Positions 39,342-45,949 of a stretch of 45,949 nt of DNA are shown here, in pieces (the first letter of the stretch is position 1; every line of letters begins with the position of its first letter). The stretch lies in contig JANMLN010000193.1 of the NCBI GenBank assembly GCA_031372565.1, positions 1 to 45,949 of the forward strand. Direction: 5' to 3'. The notes below the pieces were generated by a model, which saw only the letters and a program-made list of their open reading frames with translations, was not told the DNA's origin and did not search any database. The DNA comes from Gemmatimonadota bacterium (GTDB lineage Bacteria; Gemmatimonadota; Gemmatimonadetes; Gemmatimonadales; Gemmatimonadaceae). Made by a program: the position numbers and the translations under genes.

Positions 39342-39993
39342 CGCCCGCCTCGCGCCCGGCCGCTGCCATCTGGTCAGCCAACGCCACGCGCGCCGTCTCG
39401 AGTATGGCATCGTCGCCTGGCGGCACCACCGTCGGGGTGCCGTAGGCGAGCGTGACGCGCGCAAAGGGCTTCGGCACCAGGAACCGGTCCCAACTGCGCA
39501 GGCGCCACGCCGACGATGCGTGGGCGCGCAACGGCACCATCGGGGCGCCGGCACGCTGCGATGCGGCCACGGCGCCCATGGCCATGACCTTCGCTGGCCC
39601 GCGCGGTCCATCCGGGGTGATGCCGACATCCACTCCTGAGCGCAGCGTACGCACCAATTGCAGGAGCGCGCGCGCGGCGCCGCGAGAGCTGGAGCCGCGG
39701 ACCGACGGGGCGTATCCCATCCCCTCGGCAATCTGCGCGATGATCTCCCCGTCCTGGTGTTCGCTGATGAGCACGGCGATCCCCTCGCCGCGGTGCATCC
39801 ACACGCACGGCAGCAGTTCGCCATGCCAGATGACGATCAACGCGGGCGTCTGCGTCGCGCGCAGCTGATCGAGCCCGTCTCGGCCCAGGACGCGCAGGCG
39901 CCAGGTCGACGCGAGCACACGCAACGCCCAGCGACCCACCCAGATCGCAACGCGGAGTCGCGTCGGGAGCACGGGACGCGACGCGTCGCTCAT
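39331..39993 (-). CDS. DUF374 lysophospholipid acyltransferase family protein (LpxJ-like)
   Basis: WHG, SEHQDGE, RGSSSRG, TPDGPRGP, SWDRF..PKPF. Confidence 0.88.
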   Translation of the reverse strand: MSDASRPVLPTRLRVAIWVGRWALRVLASTWRLRVLGRDGLDQLRATQTPALIVIWHGELLPCVWMHRGEGIAVLISEHQDGEIIAQIAEGMGYAPSVRGSSSRGAARALLQLVRTLRSGVDVGITPDGPRGPAKVMAMGAVAASQRAGAPMVPLRAHASSAWRLRSWDRFLVPKPFARVTLAYGTPTVVPPGDDAILETARVALADQMAAAGREAGDVD

Positions 39994-41102
39994 CCGAGCA
40001 TCTCGTCGGCAATCACGGCCACGCGCGCGGCAGCTCCCGCCTCACCCAGCGACGCACGCACGGCGCGCAAGTCGCGCAGCTGCTGCTCGCGCTGCGGACT
40101 CGCCGGATCGAGCAGCGGCGCGAGCGCATCGGCCAGCGCGCCGGGCGTCACCTGCTCCTGCAGGAACTCGCGCGCGATCTCGCGCTGCGCCACGATGTTC
40201 ACCAAGCCCACGTGCGGCACCTTCATCAACCGTCGTGCCAACCAGGCCGTCACGGGGTTGGTGCGATAGGCGATGATCAGGGGACACTCGGCGAGGGCCG
40301 CCTCGAGCGTGGTCGTGCCGCTCTTGCACAGCGCGGCATCGGCGGCGCGCAGCACGTCGTACGACTGCTGCGACACTTGCGGCCACGGGCAGCGCGCCGG
40401 ATCAATCGTCATGCCCGGCGCCACGCTCACCACGATCTGCAGTCCGGGCACACGCTGCTCCAGCTGCCGCCCCGCGGCCACGAACAGGTCGAGATGCCGC
40501 GCGATCTCCTGACCACGACTGCCGGGAAAGAGCGCGAGGACGCGCGCGTCGGCGCGGAGCGAGAGGCGCCGTCGCGCCTCGGCGCGATCCGGCAGGTCGA
40601 CCGCGCGATCCAGCAGCGGATGACCGACGAAGGTCGTGTCGATGCCCGCCGCTCGCAGCAGCGGCGCCTCGAACGGCAGGATCACCGCGGCCCGCGTGAT
40701 CACGCGGCGCATGGTCTCGAGTCGTCCGGCCGCCCACGCCCACACCTGCGGCGTGATGAAGTACAGCACGGGGACGCCGGCGGCGCGTGCCGCTGCAGCC
40801 ACCCGCAGGTTGAAGCCCGGGTAATCCAGCAGCACCAGCAGCGCGACCCGTCCACCGTCCATGCGCGCCCGCAAGGTCCGCAACAACTGCCAGTGATGAG
40901 GCACGGAGCGGATCACTTCGACGAAGCCCATCGCCTGCAACTGCTCCGATCGCTCGATCAGCGTCACCCCCGCCGCTTCCATGCGCACGGACCCGATGCC
41001 CACCAGCGAGACGTCGGGACGTCGCGCCCGGAGCGCCGTCGCGAACGCGGCGGCGTGGAGGTCGCCGGACACTTCCCCGGCGACAATCAGGACCTCACGC
41101 AC
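39990..41102 (-). CDS. lpxB: Lipid-A-disaccharide synthase
   Basis: AGEVSGDLH, DYPGFN, PQVWAW, PGSRGQE, SGTTTLE. Confidence 0.95.
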   Translation of the reverse strand: MREVLIVAGEVSGDLHAAAFATALRARRPDVSLVGIGSVRMEAAGVTLIERSEQLQAMGFVEVIRSVPHHWQLLRTLRARMDGGRVALLVLLDYPGFNLRVAAAARAAGVPVLYFITPQVWAWAAGRLETMRRVITRAAVILPFEAPLLRAAGIDTTFVGHPLLDRAVDLPDRAEARRRLSLRADARVLALFPGSRGQEIARHLDLFVAAGRQLEQRVPGLQIVVSVAPGMTIDPARCPWPQVSQQSYDVLRAADAALCKSGTTTLEAALAECPLIIAYRTNPVTAWLARRLMKVPHVGLVNIVAQREIAREFLQEQVTPGALADALAPLLDPASPQREQQLRDLRAVRASLGEAGAAARVAVIADEMLG

Positions 41103-42069
41103 CAGGAGTCGCCCCGCGCGCGATGACGGCCTCGATCTCCAACGCGAGCGCCAGCGCATTGCGCCCCTGTCGGCCATCGACGACGACCGTCCCTTCCCCG
41201 CGCATGGCCGCGAGCCACGCCACGAACTCGAGGCGCAGCGGCTCCCCCTCCGGCGCCTGCAGCACGATCGCGTCGCTGAACGCCGACGGGTCCACCGGCG
41301 TGCGCGAGGCGGCGAGCGCCGCACGATCGGACGCGTCGCGCAACCGATGGTGCGTCGCGGTCCCGGCCGCGAGATCGAGCGTCAGCAACCCGGAGGGTTG
41401 CACCACCTGCATCCGGCGCTCGCGCTGTGCGGCCACACGGCTCGCCGAGAGCGTCGCCATCGCGCCTGACGCGAAGACGACCGTGGCATGCGCAAGATCC
41501 GGCGTGGGAGAGAGCACGGACGCCCCGACGGCGTCGACACGCACGACCGGCGCATCGATCATGGCCAGGACGAGATCCAGGTCGTGGACCATCAGGTCGC
41601 TGACGACCGACACATCGGCGCCGCGAGCCGTGTACGGCGCCAGGCGCGTGCACGACACGAACCTCGGGGCCTCCAGCACGGGCCACACGGCGCGCACCGC
41701 GCGGTTCACGCGCTCGCCATGGCCCACGCCGACCACGACGCCGCGTGCGGTCGCAGCCGCCAGCACGGCATCCGCCTCGGCGACCGTGGCCGTGATCGGC
41801 TTCTCGATGAACAGGTGCTTGCCCTGATCCAGGCAGGCCATCGCGACCGCGTGGTGCGCGGTAGTCGCCGCCGCGATCGACACGCCGTCGCACGCACCGA
41901 GCAGCGCCGAGAGCGTGGGATGCGCGGTCACGCCAAGCTCCGCCGCCACCGACGCCGCCCGCACGGGATCGGGCTCGTAGAACCCCGCGAACCCGTCGCC
42001 GGACAGCTCGCGCAGAATCCGGACGTGGTGAAACCCGAGCGCGCCCGCCCCGGCCACGCCGACGCGCAT
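41095..42069 (-). CDS. Gfo/Idh/MocA oxidoreductase, probable GnnA-like UDP-GlcNAc 3-dehydrogenase
   Basis: GAGALG.HH, IEKP, GH.ER.N, DLMVHD, ASRV; lies between lpxA and lpxB. Confidence 0.75.
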   Translation of the reverse strand: MRVGVAGAGALGFHHVRILRELSGDGFAGFYEPDPVRAASVAAELGVTAHPTLSALLGACDGVSIAAATTAHHAVAMACLDQGKHLFIEKPITATVAEADAVLAAATARGVVVGVGHGERVNRAVRAVWPVLEAPRFVSCTRLAPYTARGADVSVVSDLMVHDLDLVLAMIDAPVVRVDAVGASVLSPTPDLAHATVVFASGAMATLSASRVAAQRERRMQVVQPSGLLTLDLAAGTATHHRLRDASDRAALAASRTPVDPSAFSDAIVLQAPEGEPLRLEFVAWLAAMRGEGTVVVDGRQGRNALALALEIEAVIARGATPGA

Positions 42070-42071
42070 CG

Positions 42072-42844
42072 TCAGATCACCACGCCGCGCTCACTCGACG
42101 CGACGAAGTCCACGAACGTCTTCACCTCGCCCGACATGGTCAGCTCGCTGCGGGCCTTCTCGAGCGCCTGCGACACGTTCAGCTCCGAACGGAAGAAGAG
42201 TCGGTACGCGCGCTTGAGCTCCCGCAGCGTGTCCTCGGCAAAGCCGTTCCGCTGCAGCCCGACGGTGTTGAGGCCATACAGCTTGACCGGATTGCCCACC
42301 GCCTTGATGTACGGCGGAATGTCCTTCGGGACGCGCGAGCAGCCGCCGATGAACGAATAGGCACCGATGTTCACGAACTGGTGCACGGCCGTGAGCCCCG
42401 AGATGTTGGCCCGGTCACCCACCGTCACGTGCCCCGCGAACTGCGTGCCGTTCGCGATCACGACATGGTCGCCCACGTGACAATCATGCCCGAGGTGCAC
42501 ATACGTCATGAGGAAGCAATCCTTCCCCACGGTCGTCTTGTGCGAGTGCGTCGTCCCGCGATTGATCGTGCTGTAGTCGCGGATCACCGTCCGCTCGCCG
42601 ATTTCGACCGTCGTGCGTTCGCCCTTGAACTTCGTGTCCTGCGGATCGCCCCCCAGCGCCACGCCGAGGCCGAGCTTCACGCCGGCCGCAAGCGACACGT
42701 ACCGCTCGAGCGTCGAGCGCGGGCCGATCACGCACCCGTCGCCGATCGTGCACCCCTCGCCGATGATCGCAAACGCGCCGATCTCGACATCCTGCCCGAT
42801 GACCGTGTCAGGATGGACGATCGCAGTGGCATGAATGCGGGCGC

Positions 42845-42848
<4 letters not shown>
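42072..42848 (-). CDS. lpxA: Acyl-ACP:UDP-GlcNAc acyltransferase
   Basis: Hexapeptide repeats, PQDTKF, HLGHDC, AGHV, VHQF, DIPPY, N.VGLQR. Confidence 0.95.
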
Positions 42849-44115
<1,267 letters not shown>

Positions 44116-44119
<4 letters not shown>

Positions 44120-45171
44120 GAGTTCGCCTGCTTCACGAGGCGCTCGATGTCCTTGAGCATGACCGTGAGTTTGGTGAGAGCCGCATACCCGCGGAGCATG
44201 TCCCGATGCGGACGCGCCGGGAAGCCCGACCAGGTCTCTCCGGCGGGGACGTTCGTGATGGCTCCCCCCTTCGCCGCAACCCGGGCGCCCTTGCCGACCG
44301 TCACGTGGCCGCCCACGCCCGACTGGCCGGCGAGCACGACGCCGTCCTCGATGACCGTGGAGCCGGCGATGCCGACCTGCGCCATCAAGAGGCAGAGCTT
44401 CCCGACGCGCACGTTGTGCCCCACGTGCACCATGTCATCGAGCTTCGTCCCGGCGCCGATGACCGTGTCGTCCAGCGTACCACGATCCACCGTACAGTTG
44501 GCGCCAATCTCCACGTCGTCCTCGATGCGCACATACCCGACATGCGGCACCTTCACGTGCTGCGTACCGTCGAAACGATACCCGAATCCGTCCGCGCCAA
44601 GCCGGGACCCGGAGTGGATCTCGACCCGGTCACCGATCACCGTGCGCGGATACAGCGTCACCAGCGCGTGCAGCCGGACGTCGCTGCCGAGACGGCTCTC
44701 CGCGCCGATCACCGTACCCGCGTCGATCCAGCAACGGTCGCCGATGATCGCCCCCGCGCCGATCACGACATTCGGCCCCACACTCACCTCGGTCCCGAGC
44801 TCGACACCGTGCCCCAGCGTCACGGACGGATGCACCCCCGGCACGCGTTGGAGCTGTGGTCGGAAGTGGCGCAGCATCGGTCGCATCGCCGCCATGGTGT
44901 CCGGTACCACGATGCGTGCCGTCGCGGCGGCCGGCGTCGACTCGTACGCGCCCGTGACGAGCAGTACCCCGGCCTTCGAGCTCTCCAACTGACCGGCATA
45001 GCGCGAATCGCCGCAGAACGACAGCTCCGACGACAATGCGGTGGCCAGTGGCGCGACGCCACTCACCACCGCCGTCGCATCGCCCACGAGGGTGCCGCCT
45101 GTCAGGGCGGCCACCTCGGCCGCCGTCAGCGGCCGTCCCGTCGCGGCCGCAGCCGCGCTCGTCACGCTCAC
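44116..45171 (-). CDS. lpxD: UDP-3-O-acylglucosamine N-acyltransferase
   Basis: Hexapeptide repeats, GADGFGY, EIGAN..DRG, KLDDMVHVGHN. Confidence 0.95.
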
Positions 45172-45800
45172 TCCGCGGGCGGCTTCGGACGGGAGATGCC
45201 CGCCGGAGTCGAGACCGGGCCGACGGCCGGCTTCGCGCTCTCCTTGGGCGCGACCGCCGCCCCGACCACCGGCTTCGGCATCAGGCGCAGCTTCGCGACC
45301 ACGCGCTCCGTCACATCGAGATTCTTGTCGATCGACACGATCGGGTTCGACTGCGTCTCGACGTCGAAGATCACCGTGTAGCCTTCATCAGCACGCACAT
45401 CATCAATCGCCTTCTTCACCAGGTCGGTGATCGGCTGCATCAACTCGATCTGCTTGGAGCGCGCGGCCTCCTCGAACTGCTGCTGCTGCTTCTGCGCCTC
45501 CTCCTGCTTGGTGCGGATCGCGGCTTGCCGCTGCGCCTTGACCGGGGCGGCCATCGTGGCTTCGGTCTTCTGATAGTCCGCCAACAGCTTCTCGATCGTG
45601 TCGCGCATCTTGCCCAGCTGCTCGCGCACCCCTTCGATGTACGCACGGAAGGCCGCCTCGGCGTCCGAGCGGCCGGGGGCCTGCTCAACAACCGACTGCG
45701 AGCGGATGAAGCCGATCTTGACCCCCGCCGCCTGCGCGTGCGCGGCGGCCGGGAGGATGAGCAGGGCGGCGGCGAGGGCCGCGCACAGGAAACGACGCAT
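45168..45800 (-). CDS. skp: Periplasmic chaperone Skp/OmpH
   Basis: Signal peptide AHA/Q, KIGFI, coiled coil, GYTVIFD...LDVT; between bamA and lpxD. Confidence 0.88.
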   Translation of the reverse strand: MRRFLCAALAAALLILPAAAHAQAAGVKIGFIRSQSVVEQAPGRSDAEAAFRAYIEGVREQLGKMRDTIEKLLADYQKTEATMAAPVKAQRQAAIRTKQEEAQKQQQQFEEAARSKQIELMQPITDLVKKAIDDVRADEGYTVIFDVETQSNPIVSIDKNLDVTERVVAKLRLMPKPVVGAAVAPKESAKPAVGPVSTPAGISRPKPPAE

Positions 45801-45835
45801 CAGGAGAACTCCGGAAAGGTTGGTCGCGTCATCGG

Positions 45836-45949
45836 TCAGAACTGCTGGCCGAGACGGAAGTGGAACTGCCATTGCGGGGCGGCACGCCCGAAGGCGTCCT
45901 TGCGATCCATCCCGTAGGCGTAGTCGAGGCCGAGCGGCCCCAGCGGCGA
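45836..45949 (-). CDS. bamA: BamA outer-membrane assembly factor, C-terminal fragment
   Basis: SPLGPLGLDYAYG...QFHFRLGQQF-stop (absent from the ORF track); upstream of skp. Confidence 0.9.
   Translation of the reverse strand, partial: SPLGPLGLDYAYGMDRKDAFGRAAPQWQFHFRLGQQF

Overview
High-GC (roughly 70% by eye) diderm bacterial chromosome segment, most consistent with Gemmatimonadota (inferred from the lpxC-fabZ fusion, bshC and the DUF512-der-plsY-gpsA arrangement; not verified by search). The left half (1-21.7 kb) is accessory and metabolic: a Gfo/Idh/MocA oxidoreductase, an AmpG-like MFS, an RhlE-type DEAD-box helicase, an M50 peptidase, an HNH nuclease directly downstream of tRNA-Arg(CCT), a copper operon (copZ-cupA-like-copA-csoR) with two visible CsoR boxes, a Tat-signal M20 amidohydrolase, an eight-gene 2-aminobenzoyl/salicylyl-CoA (abm-type) catabolic operon and a secreted serine hydrolase. 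The right half (21.7-45.9 kb) is one minus-strand run of housekeeping genes: bamA(partial)-skp-lpxD-lpxC/fabZ-lpxA-gnnA-like-lpxB-DUF374-lpxK-gdh-rlmH-bshC-murJ-uvrC-thrC, then DUF512 radical SAM-der-plsY-gpsA-merR-surE-pcm-acyP-apt-lipoprotein-tesB. I saw no CRISPR array, integrase, transposase or prophage, and no unambiguous new system. The best leads are a gnnA-like gene without gnnB inside the lipid A operon, the uncharacterised DUF512 radical SAM gene with an apparently leaderless promoter, the tRNA-HNH unit, and the exported hydrolases flanking the abm operon.
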